Shown here: one piece after another, positions 19,882 to 29,553 of the stretch
Numbering within the stretch: position 1 is the first letter of the stretch
How the letters are laid out: the number at the start of each line of letters is the position of its first letter
From: Alphaproteobacteria bacterium
GTDB taxonomy: Bacteria; Pseudomonadota; Alphaproteobacteria; UBA828
DNA: 64,000 nt
Assembly: GCA_965220745.1 (NCBI GenBank)
Contig: CBDCQT010000007.1
Span: 128,001 to 192,000, forward strand
Direction: 5' to 3'
Notes under the pieces: model-generated
Told to the model about the DNA's origin: nothing
Databases searched by the model: none
Seen by the model: the letters and a program-made list of their open reading frames with translations, nothing else
Made by a program: the position numbers and the translations under genes

Positions 19882-21111
19882 ATGACCCAGCCCCTGGAAC
19901 GACCCACTCTGCCCGTCACCGTACTTTCCGGCTTCCTCGGCGCCGGCAAGACCACGCTGATGAACCACATCCTTAACAACCGCGAAGGCAAGCGCGTCGC
20001 GGTCATCGTCAACGACATGAGCGAGGTGAACATCGACGCCGATCTCATCCGTGACGGCGGCGCAGATCTGAGCCACACCGAAGAGACTCTGGTCGAAATG
20101 ACCAATGGCTGCATCTGCTGCACGTTGCGCGATGACCTTCTCAAAGAGGTGCGTCGGCTCGCTCAGGATGGCCGGTTCGACTACCTTCTCATCGAATCGA
20201 CCGGCATTTCCGAGCCGCTGCCCGTAGCGGCCACCTTCAACTTCCGGACGGAAGAGGGCGAGAGCCTGAAGGATGTCTCGCGCCTCGATACGATGGTGAC
20301 CGTGGTCGATGCCGCAAACCTCCTGCGCGACTACGCATCAACCGATTTCCTCAAGGACCGGGGCGAGGCGCTGGGCGAGGAGGACAACCGCGCGCTGGTC
20401 AATCTGCTCGTCGATCAGATCGAATTCGCCGACGTCATCATTCTGAACAAGATCGATGCGGCAAGGCCCGAACAGCTCGATGCTGCGCGCAAGATCATCC
20501 GGTCGCTCAACACCGATGCGGAACTCATCGAGACCAGCATGTCCCGTGTGTCGCTGGACAAGGTGCTGAACACCGGCCGGTTCGACCATGACAAGGCGCA
20601 GGAACACCCGCTTTGGTTCAAGGAGCTATACGGCTTCGCCGAGCACAAGCCGGAGACCGAGGAATATGGGGTGCGCAGCTTCGTGTATCAGGCACGCCGT
20701 CCCTTTCATCCCGAGAAATTCCACGCCTTCATCAACTCGTCGTGGCCGGGGGTCATTCGTGCCAAGGGGCGCTTCTGGCTGGCCAACCGTCCTGAATGGG
20801 TCGGCGAGTTGAGCCAGGCCGGCGCGCTTGTCCGCCACAGGGCCGTGGGCTTCTGGTGGGCGAACGCCCCCAAGGAACACTGGCCCGATCACCCGGAATG
20901 GCGTCGGAACATCGCCGAATCCTGGGATCCCGTCTACGGAGACCGCCACCAGGAAATCGTTTTCATCGGCACTGACATGGACGAGGCCGCGATCCGACGC
21001 CGGCTCGACGCCTGCCTTGTCGGCGATGCAAACGCCAAAGCCATGCAGCCTGCTGCCTGGAAAAAGCTCAAGGATCCGTTCCCAGCCTGGAAGCGGGCCG
21101 AGCCGTCATGA
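19882..21111 (+). CDS. COG0523 zinc-chaperone GTPase (ZigA/YciC-like)
   Basis: [47 protein letters not shown] and RAKG. Confidence 0.93.
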   Translation: MTQPLERPTLPVTVLSGFLGAGKTTLMNHILNNREGKRVAVIVNDMSEVNIDADLIRDGGADLSHTEETLVEMTNGCICCTLRDDLLKEVRRLAQDGRFDYLLIESTGISEPLPVAATFNFRTEEGESLKDVSRLDTMVTVVDAANLLRDYASTDFLKDRGEALGEEDNRALVNLLVDQIEFADVIILNKIDAARPEQLDAARKIIRSLNTDAELIETSMSRVSLDKVLNTGRFDHDKAQEHPLWFKELYGFAEHKPETEEYGVRSFVYQARRPFHPEKFHAFINSSWPGVIRAKGRFWLANRPEWVGELSQAGALVRHRAVGFWWANAPKEHWPDHPEWRRNIAESWDPVYGDRHQEIVFIGTDMDEAAIRRRLDACLVGDANAKAMQPAAWKKLKDPFPAWKRAEPS

Positions 21112-21821
21112 CCGTTCCGTCGGTATCCCTGGAAGGTGAGTCCGTTAGGACCTCCGCCACGTTGGGCGTGGGCATCGCGACGTGCGACGCAGCGCAAGGC
21201 CTCGCCGCCATCAACAAGCCCGACATGGAGCTCGTGATCTGGCGGCGCGCGCTTCCCATGTGCCTGCAGACCTGGCTCGACCGAATGGATGCTTCGTGTC
21301 TACCTGACCTGCGTATTCTTGTCCGGCCCGGCGACCTTCGACGTGCGGTGGAACCGCATTTGGACGAAATTGGTATGCCTGCCGGAGACATGCGCGACCT
21401 GCTGGTCGGGGACGTCGATGATCTCGTCTCGGCTTTTGCTGGCATCGCCCGAAGTGATCTCGTTGATGTAAGGCTGGCGCGCGTCAGCCACGATTCTTGC
21501 TGGAAGTTCCACCGGGACTACGTGGAGGCGCGCCTCCTGACAACGTACCGCGGTCCCGGCACCGAGTGGGTCCAACCGATCCACGCCGAGCGGGCATTGC
21601 GCGCACAGAAGCGGTTCAAAGAACCGTTAGAGCACATCCGTGGCAACGACGTGGCGATATTCAAGGGAAACTGCGCCGGACCAGGCAGCGGAATCGTGCA
21701 CCGCTCGCCGCCCATCGCGGGCACTGGCTGCACGCGATTGCTGCTCGCCCTCAACAAGCGATCGGACGCATCTCCGGAGCCGTGGCCGAGAGGCGTTGAG
21801 CACGAGACGCTACCATCATGA
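21108..21821 (+). CDS. DUF1826 family protein
   Basis: [24 protein letters not shown] and GIVHRSP..RLLL; follows the COG0523 gene. Confidence 0.82.
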   Translation: MTVPSVSLEGESVRTSATLGVGIATCDAAQGLAAINKPDMELVIWRRALPMCLQTWLDRMDASCLPDLRILVRPGDLRRAVEPHLDEIGMPAGDMRDLLVGDVDDLVSAFAGIARSDLVDVRLARVSHDSCWKFHRDYVEARLLTTYRGPGTEWVQPIHAERALRAQKRFKEPLEHIRGNDVAIFKGNCAGPGSGIVHRSPPIAGTGCTRLLLALNKRSDASPEPWPRGVEHETLPS

Positions 21822-22237
21822 ATGTTGAGCTACCGACCATTTCGGTATGCACGCGCTGTCGACCGCAGGGCTGGCCAGACACTGCAAACCGCGAGCGCCC
21901 TGGCGCGGTGCTGGCGAGTACATTGCAACTGTCCCTATCTGATGCAGTATTGCCGCCGCCTTTCAATCTGCGCCGCGTACGCTGCATGAGTCAGTGTTTG
22001 CGCCCCTGCGTTATTGCGTTCTCGCATCGCGACCGATTCACATACCTGTTCGGCGACCTGGATCCGGCACGCCACGTCGACGATATTCTCGTAGCAGTCC
22101 GGATGTGGCTGTCGCGAAGCGATGGGTTCGTGGAGCGTAACAAGCGGCCCCCGAGCATGCGAAGCGGCATCCTGGCGCGTATTCCGCCGCTCGATTGCAC
22201 CCACGAATTGATAGAGGGCCAGACTCCCTTCTCCTGA
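21818..22237 (+). CDS. DUF1636 family Cys-containing metal-binding protein
   Basis: VCTRC, VRCMSQCLRPCVIA, TYLFGDLDP and ILARIPP. Confidence 0.8.
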   Translation: MNVELPTISVCTRCRPQGWPDTANRERPGAVLASTLQLSLSDAVLPPPFNLRRVRCMSQCLRPCVIAFSHRDRFTYLFGDLDPARHVDDILVAVRMWLSRSDGFVERNKRPPSMRSGILARIPPLDCTHELIEGQTPFS

Positions 22238-22355
22238 ACCGATGCGGGCTAGGCGGGTGGGTGCGCTTCAGCAAGAATTCCATTGGCTCCCGCCGGCAAA
22301 ATAGATGCCGCCAGAAACTGGGTTCATGGATCGTGAATAGTGATCGTCGACCGTT

Positions 22356-22565
22356 TCATTCGTGTTCCAATGGCGTGCGCTGTCCGAGCTTCACCAGGCG
22401 CCGTGCGAGTTCCCGTTCAAGCCGGCTTCGGCGGAACGGTGTGAGCTTGAGCCAGTCTCCGATCTCGGCGGCGGTCCTGCCACAGCCCAGGCACCACCCC
22501 GTCTTCGGGTCGAGACGGCAGACGTCGATGCATGGGGATTGCGCGCGTCTTGCCTTCCGTCTCAT
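22356..22565 (-). CDS. DUF1289 family small Cys-rich protein
   Basis: SPCIDVCRLDPKTGWCLGCGRTAAEIGDW. Confidence 0.82.
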   Translation of the reverse strand: MRRKARRAQSPCIDVCRLDPKTGWCLGCGRTAAEIGDWLKLTPFRRSRLERELARRLVKLGQRTPLEHE

Positions 22566-22598
22566 GGAAGAACCTCGATTGGAGTTCCCTGTTCGCGC

Positions 22599-23654
22599 TC
22601 ATGATGGAGTCCGCCAGTCGGAAAGGCTAATTCGACCGACAAAGCCGCCCTCGGTACCGAGTGCGAGATGCTGTCCATCTGCCGACCAGGCGAGCGCGGT
22701 CACAGCGCCCTTGCCGGGTCGCTTGACCACAACCGGATGATCGCGGTCGATCTGCACGAGGATGGTGGCACCGTCCTCGTATCCGGCGGCGACAACGTCA
22801 TGCCGGGGGTGGGCAGCCACCACCGTCACCACACCCTCGAAGCCCCACCCGAGGTCGAGCGCCGCCTTGCCCAGTGGGCCGCCCTTGCCGTGGAATGGCC
22901 AACAAACCACGGACTCCGCGCCGCCGGTCGCCAGATATCTTCCCTTCGGCAGCCAGCTCATCGACTTGACCTTCGTCGGGTAGCCAGGCATCTGCATATC
23001 GGTGCTGTCGGAGACACGCCAGCCGTGCAGCAAGTTCTCCTGCATTGCGGTGACGATGTATTTCCCGTCCGGGCTCCAGGTCAGACTAAGGTGCGAACCC
23101 GACCAGCTAAGTCGTTTGGGTTTCTGCGTGCTGGGCTTCGCCCACCAGAGGCTGACTCCGCCGTAGTGCGCGGCGGCGATCCGCCGCCCTTTCGGGTCGA
23201 ATGCCAGACCGCCGACCGTGTTTGCATGATCGAACGTTCCAACCGCACTTCCATCTTGCGCGAAAAGGGAAACTGTCTTGCCGAAGACCGCAGCGCATAG
23301 TCCGGATGCCCTGCTCACGGCAATCGGCTCGACCCATCGCCCCGTAATGGCTGCGATTTCGGTGGTCTCGCCGTCGGTATCGGTGCTCACCAGCCGAGCA
23401 TCGTCTCCGCCTGTCAGAACGCGCTGCTCCCCCAGGTCGACGGCCAGCGAAAGACAAGCCCCGTCATGCACGGAAACGAAAGACGGAGGTGTCTCGCTCT
23501 CGCTGCTGATGAACGCGACCCGGCCGTCCCCGAGTGCAGCCGCGAGCAGTCCCTCCTCAAGGAACGCGACGCCCACCACATAAGCGTCGAGCGAGCGGCC
23601 GGTGCCGATGCGATCGAGCAGCGACGTCTTGTCCAGCTCAGCGGACAAGCTCAT
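22599..23654 (-). CDS. WD40/beta-propeller repeat protein associated with CobW
   Basis: Repeats TGGDD, AFDPKG, WSPDG, LHGWR, MPGYPTKVKS and WSADG; overlaps the stop of the CobW-like gene. Confidence 0.85.
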   Translation of the reverse strand: MSLSAELDKTSLLDRIGTGRSLDAYVVGVAFLEEGLLAAALGDGRVAFISSESETPPSFVSVHDGACLSLAVDLGEQRVLTGGDDARLVSTDTDGETTEIAAITGRWVEPIAVSRASGLCAAVFGKTVSLFAQDGSAVGTFDHANTVGGLAFDPKGRRIAAAHYGGVSLWWAKPSTQKPKRLSWSGSHLSLTWSPDGKYIVTAMQENLLHGWRVSDSTDMQMPGYPTKVKSMSWLPKGRYLATGGAESVVCWPFHGKGGPLGKAALDLGWGFEGVVTVVAAHPRHDVVAAGYEDGATILVQIDRDHPVVVKRPGKGAVTALAWSADGQHLALGTEGGFVGRISLSDWRTPS

Positions 23655-24607
23655 GCGATGCAGGCGTCGAACTGCTGACGCAGCTCCAGCTCATCGATGT
23701 TTCGTCCGATGAAGACCAAGCGACTCTCTCGTTTCTCGTTAGGGCTCCACGGCTTCGTGAAATTACCTTCCATCAGCATATGGACCGCCTGGACGACAAA
23801 CTGCTTGTCCTGATCGGCGATCGACAGGATCCCTTTGGTTCGCAGAAAGTCTTGACCACGCTCGGCGAGTAGGCGCTGCAACCACCCTGTGAGGCGGGTT
23901 CCGTCCAACGGCCGGTCGGTGCGCAGGCAGACGCTCTTCACGGCATCGTCGTGTTCATGGTCGTCTTCCGAAAGAAAGTCCGGCTCGATCGCCAGGATGC
24001 GATCAAGATCGAAGGCTCGGCGCCCCAGAACCGTGTCGAGACCCACCTCGCATCGCTGCGTGCGATGGATAACCGCCGTCGCATTGATCGAACGGATGCG
24101 CGTTTCCACCTGCGCCAGCTCATCGGCCGGCACAAGATCCGTCTTGTTGAGAAGGATGACGTCGGCAAAGGCAATCTGTTCCAGCGCCTCATGGCTGTCT
24201 TCCAGCCGCCGGACGACATGGCGGGCGTCGACCACCGTTACGATCGAATCGAGCCAGGTCCGTCGCCGAACGTCTTCGTCCACGAAGAAGGTCTGGGCGA
24301 CGGGCGCGGGATCGGCAAGGCCCGTGGTCTCGATGAGGATTCCATCGAAGCCGTCTTGCCGTTTCATCAAACCGCCAAGGATGCGAATCAGATCCCCGCG
24401 TACGGTGCAGCAGATGCAACCGTTGTTCATCTCGAACACTTCCTCGTCGGCGTTGACCACGAGGTCGTTGTCGATGCCGATTTCGCCGAACTCGTTGACG
24501 ACCACGGCGTATTTCTTGCCGTGCTCCTCGGTCAGGATGCGGTTCAGGAGCGTTGTCTTGCCGGCGCCGAGATAGCCGGTCAGAACGGTAACGGGGATCT
24601 GGTTCAT
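23651..24607 (-). CDS. COG0523/CobW-family GTPase
   Basis: GYLGAGKTT, VNEFGE, GCICCTVRGDL, ETTGLADP, short DDHEHD linker and LVFIGR. Confidence 0.92.
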   Translation of the reverse strand: MNQIPVTVLTGYLGAGKTTLLNRILTEEHGKKYAVVVNEFGEIGIDNDLVVNADEEVFEMNNGCICCTVRGDLIRILGGLMKRQDGFDGILIETTGLADPAPVAQTFFVDEDVRRRTWLDSIVTVVDARHVVRRLEDSHEALEQIAFADVILLNKTDLVPADELAQVETRIRSINATAVIHRTQRCEVGLDTVLGRRAFDLDRILAIEPDFLSEDDHEHDDAVKSVCLRTDRPLDGTRLTGWLQRLLAERGQDFLRTKGILSIADQDKQFVVQAVHMLMEGNFTKPWSPNEKRESRLVFIGRNIDELELRQQFDACIA

Positions 24608-24782
24608 GGATTCCGTCTCCTTCAATCTTTGAAGCCGTTCGGTCGCACCCAGCGGCCTCTATTCCGTTCGTAGATGCTGGCTGAAAGCGCTGTTCGGGAC
24701 ACGACCTCATGCGTGGTGTGCCGACCTGTCCCTCTCGTCCCTGGAAGTCCGGCGTCCCGGCTTTCGAAGGCTGCGCCCAGCC

Positions 24783-25952
24783 TTACGGAGCCAGCGCCTG
24801 CGCGAGCGTCATCGCGTTGTGCCGCATCATGTCGAGGTAGGTCGGTGCCGGGCCGTCCGGGCCGGACAGCGCACCGGGATAGAGCGTGCCGCCGATGACG
24901 GCTCCCGTCTCGTCGGCGATCTGCCTCAGGAGGCGCGCATCGCCAATGTTCTCGATGAAGACGGCACCAATGCCCCGCTCACGGATCTGTTGGATGAGGC
25001 GGGCGACATCCTTTGCGGATGCCTCCGACTCGGTGCTGAGCCCCTGCGGCGCGATGAAGGTCAGCCCATAATCGCCGCCGAAATACTGGAACGCGTCGTG
25101 CGAGGTGACGACGATGCGGCGATCGGCCGACAGGGCTGCCATGATCTCGCGGATCTCTGCATCGAGCGCCTCGATCTCGGCGACATAAGCTGCGCGGCTT
25201 TGGTAGAAGTCGGCCGCGTTCGCCGGATCGGCCTGAGCCAGAGCGGCAGTGATGTTGTCGACATAGGCTACGGCGTTGCCGAGGCTCTGCCAGCCGTGCG
25301 GGTCGAAAGCGCCATGGTCATGGTGGTCGTGGCCTGCCTCGGCATGCGCCTCGTCATCGTGGTCGTCGTCATGATCGTGCATCGCTGTCTCGGCATGCTC
25401 CTCGTGCTCGTCGTCATGATCGTGCATCGCTGTCTCGGCATGCTCTTCGTGGCCGTGGTCATCATCATGATCGGCCTCGGCATGGTCATCGTGGTCATCA
25501 TCATGATCGGCCTCGGCGTGGTCATCGTGATCGTGGTCATGCCCGGCCTCCTCGGCATGCTCTTCGTGGTCGTCATCGTGACCGTGCTCGTCGTCGAACG
25601 CGATCGGCTCGATGCCGTCGGTCGCCACCACCCGGATACCGCGAAAGTCCGAAGCGTCGATCAGCCGGTCCAGCCAGCCCTCGAACTGCAGCCCGTTGAC
25701 GACAAGGATCCTCGCTTCGCTGAGGGCCCGCGCATCGGCGGGGGTCGGCTGGTAGACATGCGTATCCCCGTCGGGGCCGACGAGCGTCGTGAGAGCGACG
25801 TGCTCGCCGCCGATCCGCTTCACCATGTCGCCGAGGATCGAGAAGGTGGCGACCACCGGGGTCGGTTTGTCGGCCTCTGCGATGGCCGGAGCGGCGAGCG
25901 ACAGGGCGAAGAGGGTGGTGGCGGATGTCAGAAGCGTTCTGCGGGTGAGCAT
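24783..25952 (-). CDS. Zinc ABC transporter substrate-binding protein (AztC/ZnuA-like) with a long His/Asp/Glu loop
   Basis: Signal peptide, TFSILGD, DTHVYQPTP, NGLQFEGW, DPHGW and TSHDAFQYF; ~90-aa His-rich insert. Confidence 0.92.
   Translation of the reverse strand: MLTRRTLLTSATTLFALSLAAPAIAEADKPTPVVATFSILGDMVKRIGGEHVALTTLVGPDGDTHVYQPTPADARALSEARILVVNGLQFEGWLDRLIDASDFRGIRVVATDGIEPIAFDDEHGHDDDHEEHAEEAGHDHDHDDHAEADHDDDHDDHAEADHDDDHGHEEHAETAMHDHDDEHEEHAETAMHDHDDDHDDEAHAEAGHDHHDHGAFDPHGWQSLGNAVAYVDNITAALAQADPANAADFYQSRAAYVAEIEALDAEIREIMAALSADRRIVVTSHDAFQYFGGDYGLTFIAPQGLSTESEASAKDVARLIQQIRERGIGAVFIENIGDARLLRQIADETGAVIGGTLYPGALSGPDGPAPTYLDMMRHNAMTLAQALAP
25315..25595 (-). repeat. Tandem in-frame repeats encoding the His-rich loop
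   Basis: HAETAMHDHDD twice (45-bp period) and HAEADHDDDH twice (33-bp period). Confidence 0.85.
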
Positions 25953-25963
25953 TGATACTCCTT

Positions 25964-26833
25964 TCAGGCTTCGAGATGGCGGCGCGGGAAGGCCCGCCCG
26001 GCGAGACCGCCCACCGGTCCGAAGACCAGCGACAGCGCGTAGGCGAGACCCGCGACAAGAATGATTGCCGGCCCGGAGGGCAGGCTGAAGTGGTAGGAGA
26101 GAAGAAGGCCGCACAGGCTCGAGAGCATCGCGACCGAGACCGCGACGGCGATCAGGGCGCCGATGCCGACTGCCCAGAACCGCGCGGCGGCGGCGGGAAG
26201 GATCATGATACCGACGGCCATCAGCGTGCCGAGCGCGTGAAAGCCGGCTACGAGGTTGAGCACGACGAGAGCAAGAAACGCGAAATGCGTCACGGCGCTG
26301 AGCCCGCTCACCGAGCGCAGGAACTGCGGATCCGCGCACTCGAGCACGAGCGGCCGGAACAGGGCCGCGAGCGCGAAGACCGAAATGCTCGCGATGGAAC
26401 AGAGCAGAGTCAGGGCGTCGTCGTCGAGCGCCAGCACGGTCCCGAAGAGCACGTGCATCAGGTCGACATTGCTGCCTCGGGTGGAAACGATCAGCACGCC
26501 CACCGCCAGTGAGATCAGGTAAAAGGCCGCCAGGCTCGCGTCCTCGCGCAGCGCCGTGAATCGGGTCACGAAGCCCGAGAGCAGCGCCACGGCCATGCCT
26601 GCGATCAGCCCGCCGATGGTCATCGCCCCGAGCGAGAGGCCCGAGACGAGAAAACCGACGGCCGCACCCGGCAGGATCGCATGGGCCATCGCGTCGCCCG
26701 TCAGGCTCATGCGGCGCAGCATCAGGAATACGCCGACCGGTGTCGCGCCGACCGAGATCGCAATGCAGCCCATCAGCGCGCGCCGCATGAAGCCGAAATC
26801 GGCGAAGGGCTGGACGAGGAGCTCCCACATCAT
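25964..26833 (-). CDS. Zinc ABC transporter permease (AztB/ZnuB-like)
   Basis: RRMSLTGDAMAHAILPG, DLMHVLFG and PSGPAI. Confidence 0.92.
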   Translation of the reverse strand: MMWELLVQPFADFGFMRRALMGCIAISVGATPVGVFLMLRRMSLTGDAMAHAILPGAAVGFLVSGLSLGAMTIGGLIAGMAVALLSGFVTRFTALREDASLAAFYLISLAVGVLIVSTRGSNVDLMHVLFGTVLALDDDALTLLCSIASISVFALAALFRPLVLECADPQFLRSVSGLSAVTHFAFLALVVLNLVAGFHALGTLMAVGIMILPAAAARFWAVGIGALIAVAVSVAMLSSLCGLLLSYHFSLPSGPAIILVAGLAYALSLVFGPVGGLAGRAFPRRHLEA

Positions 26834-27573
26834 GCAGCGCTTCGCCCGCATGTATGCGGCGGGCCGACACAGGCCTCGCACATCTGGCGCGCGCGGAACT
26901 GGTTCTCGGCCGTCAGCACCCGCGCCGTGGGTCCGTGGGCGACGAGTTCGCGCGCCAGCATCAGCGTGCGGGGGAAGTGAGCCCGTACCGTGTCCACGTC
27001 GTGCAAGACGGCGAGCACCGTGCGGCCTTCACCGTGCCAGCGCCGCACCACGCCAATCAGGTCCGCCACCGTTCTCGCGTCGATTGCCGTGAAGGGCTCG
27101 TCAAGCAGGACGAGCCGTGCGTCCTGCAGCAGCAGGCGGGCAAAGAGCGCACGCTGTAACTGCCCGCCCGACAGCGACCCGATCGGCCGCTTCTCGAACC
27201 CTTCGAGGCCGACCGCGGAAATCGCGTCGGCGACGCGTGAGCGGTGACTGGCCCGCAAGCCCGCAAAGCCGCCGATCTCCCGCCAGAGGCCCATCGCCAC
27301 GAGGTCGGAGACTACGATCGGAAAAGACCGGTCGACGTCCGATTGCTGCGGCAGGTAGGCGATGTCGTCCCGCGCGACCCCGCCGAAGGCGATCCGTCCT
27401 TCGAGCGGGCGGAGTGAGCCGGTCACCCCCTTCAACACCGTGGATTTACCGGCCCCGTTGGGTCCGACGATGGCCGTCAGGCTGCCCTCGGCGATCTCGC
27501 CGTGCAGGCGATGCACGGCCGGATGCCGGTCGTAGCCGAGGCTCAGGTCCTGAAACTTGAGGGCATAGGTCAT
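26830..27573 (-). CDS. Zinc ABC transporter ATPase (AztA/ZnuC-like)
   Basis: GPNGAGKST, LSGGQ, LLDEPF and a C-terminal CEAC..HTC. Confidence 0.92.
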   Translation of the reverse strand: MTYALKFQDLSLGYDRHPAVHRLHGEIAEGSLTAIVGPNGAGKSTVLKGVTGSLRPLEGRIAFGGVARDDIAYLPQQSDVDRSFPIVVSDLVAMGLWREIGGFAGLRASHRSRVADAISAVGLEGFEKRPIGSLSGGQLQRALFARLLLQDARLVLLDEPFTAIDARTVADLIGVVRRWHGEGRTVLAVLHDVDTVRAHFPRTLMLARELVAHGPTARVLTAENQFRARQMCEACVGPPHTCGRSAA

Positions 27574-27704
27574 GGTCCACCCGGCGTGGACGTCGCCCAG
27601 AAGAACGCGCCCCAGAGCGCGGCAACGATCAGGGCCGCCCCGAGCAGTCGCGGGCCGGCGCCGAGCGGCAGCAGCCGGATCGAAGGCGTGTGCCGCGTTC
27701 TCAT
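27570..27704 (-). CDS. Small 44-aa single-TM peptide coupled to the zinc ATPase
   Basis: MRTRHTPSIRLLPLGAGPRLLGAALIVAALWGAFFWATSTPGGP*; ATGA overlap with the ATPase start. Confidence 0.6.
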   Translation of the reverse strand: MRTRHTPSIRLLPLGAGPRLLGAALIVAALWGAFFWATSTPGGP

Positions 27705-27800
27705 GTCAGCGCTCCCTGCCGAGCGGCGGCGCCTGCGTCCGGCCGCCGAGACGATCCATCCGGATACCGGCTCTCCATAGGCGGAGCTCCTCGCTCCCGT

Positions 27801-28307
27801 CTACGCCGCGCCGGCTTCTGCGCACTGTGCACACGTGCCCTGGACCTCGACCATTCGACGTGTCGCGACGAACCCGAGGACGGCGGCATCCTCGGCAAGC
27901 AGTCCTCCGATCCGCGGATCCTCGAGCTCAACCGATGCCCGGCAGCCGCTGCAGATGAAGAACAGGCAATCGTGGTCGCGCTCGGGATGGGCGCACGGGA
28001 CGTAGGCGTTCAGGCTTTCGATCCTGGAAACGAGGCCCTGCGCCATCAGGAACTCAAGCGCCCGGTACACGGTCGGCGGTCCGACGGGCCGCGAATCCCT
28101 GAGCTTGACCGCTTCGATCAGTTCGTAGGCGCCCGTCGGCCGACCGCTCGCCCAAAGCAACTCCAGGACACGCCTCCGCAGCTCTGTCATCTTTACGCCG
28201 CGCCCCTCGCAAATTGATACCGCGAGCGCGACCCGTTCGCGTGCCGAGTGCCGCCCGCGGCAATCCAGATCGGTGCTTGGCCGGGGTCGGGTCGGCGGTT
28301 TCGTCAT
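27801..28307 (-). CDS. zur: Zinc uptake regulator Zur (Fur family)
   Basis: GAYELIE, PPTVYRALEFL, RIESLNAYVPC, FICSGC and EVQGTCAQC; upstream of the zinc ABC genes. Confidence 0.9.
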   Translation of the reverse strand: MTKPPTRPRPSTDLDCRGRHSARERVALAVSICEGRGVKMTELRRRVLELLWASGRPTGAYELIEAVKLRDSRPVGPPTVYRALEFLMAQGLVSRIESLNAYVPCAHPERDHDCLFFICSGCRASVELEDPRIGGLLAEDAAVLGFVATRRMVEVQGTCAQCAEAGAA

Positions 28308-28335
28308 CGCCTGTCTCACCTTGCGGTACAGGAAA

Positions 28336-28353
28336 GATACATTATAACATTTC
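28336..28353. promoter_or_regulatory. Zur box between zur and folE
   Basis: GATACATTATAACATTTC; right half matches consensus GAAATGTTATAACATTTC exactly. Confidence 0.75.
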
Positions 28354-28413
28354 GCACTGTTTCGCAAGAGAGCCGCTATCCGGGGCGGCCAGACATCGAT
28401 GAAAGGCCGGGAT

Positions 28414-29067
28414 ATGGACAGTATAGTTGCCGAGCTTCGAACCTCGACCTCATCGCGCACCGGATCGGGAGCACGCCGTCGGCCGCGTCGCGCCGAGGCC
28501 GAGGCCGCCGTTCGCACGCTGATCGAGTGGGCCGGGGACGATCCCGACCGGGAGGGGCTGAGGGGAACGCCCGAACGTGTCGTGCGGGCCTATGAGGAAT
28601 TCTTCGCTGGATACGGCGAAGACCCGGTCGCCTTGCTGGCCTCGACTTTCGAGAAGACTGCCGCCTATGACCAGATGATCGTCTTGCGCGACATTCGCCT
28701 CGAATCCCACTGCGAGCACCACATCGTTCCTATCCTGGGAAAAGCGCATGTCGGGTATTTGCCGGCGGAACGAGTCGTGGGCATCTCAAAGCTCGTGCGC
28801 CTTATCGAGGTCTTCGCGAAGCGGATGCAGATCCAGGAAGCGTTGACATCGGAGATCGCGGACACGATCCAGGACGTGCTCAAGCCACGTGGCGTCGGCG
28901 TGGTCATCGAGGCGGCGCATCAGTGCATGACCACGCGTGGTATCCGCAAACCGGGGGTCAGCCTGGTAACCAGCCGCATGCTCGGCTGTTTCCGCGACAA
29001 CCCGACGACACGGCGGGAGTTTCTGGCGATGATCGGCGCCCAGGGGAGCACACCCCACAGGGGTTGA
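28414..29067 (+). CDS. folE: GTP cyclohydrolase IA
   Basis: [26 protein letters not shown] and HQCMTTRG. Confidence 0.95.
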   Translation: MDSIVAELRTSTSSRTGSGARRRPRRAEAEAAVRTLIEWAGDDPDREGLRGTPERVVRAYEEFFAGYGEDPVALLASTFEKTAAYDQMIVLRDIRLESHCEHHIVPILGKAHVGYLPAERVVGISKLVRLIEVFAKRMQIQEALTSEIADTIQDVLKPRGVGVVIEAAHQCMTTRGIRKPGVSLVTSRMLGCFRDNPTTRREFLAMIGAQGSTPHRG

Positions 29068-29221
29068 ACACCTCGCCCCAACGGGTTTAGCCGCGCGGAG
29101 CAGGCGCGCGCGCAAACCGCCGAACGGCCGGTCAGGCTGATCGCGCTGTTCTGCATCCAAATCTGACGCGTGTTCTGGCTAGTGACGGACAACCGGATCG
29201 AGCCGAACAGGCCTGGCGTGA

Positions 29222-29517
29222 GTCGGCCCGCCGAGGGCGTCAAGGCGACCGGCGCCACCCACGTGCAACAGGTGATCTTTAGCATCATCCCGCAGATGCT
29301 GCCGCTGTGGATCTCCTTCTCGCTCTATCGCTTCGAATCGAACGTGCGCTCGGCGACGGTGCTCGGTATCGTCGGCGCCGGCTGCATTGGCATGATTCTC
29401 TGGGAATACATCCGGGGCTTCTACTACGCCGAGACCTCGGCCGTGCTGATCATCTTCGTGGGCTCCGTCAGCATGCTCGACATGGCATCGCAGCGGCCGC
29501 GCAAGATGTTCATCTGA
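29222..29517 (+). pseudogene. phnE: C-terminal remnant of phosphonate ABC permease PhnE
   Basis: EGVKATGA..LYRFESNVRSATVLGIVGAG; the N-terminal part is missing. Confidence 0.8.
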
Positions 29518-29553
29518 GCGTCCCACGCGCGGACACACCCTCCCGCCGCAGCG

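Noticed and set aside
25315-25595. Possible CRISPR-like repeat array
   Set aside because: The repeats are in-frame coding units of a His-rich loop with no unique spacers, and no cas genes are present
24783-26870. 695-aa ORF suggesting a giant SBP fusion
   Set aside because: The first ~306 aa are an alternative frame of the permease; the real SBP starts at 25952 with an RBS and signal peptide
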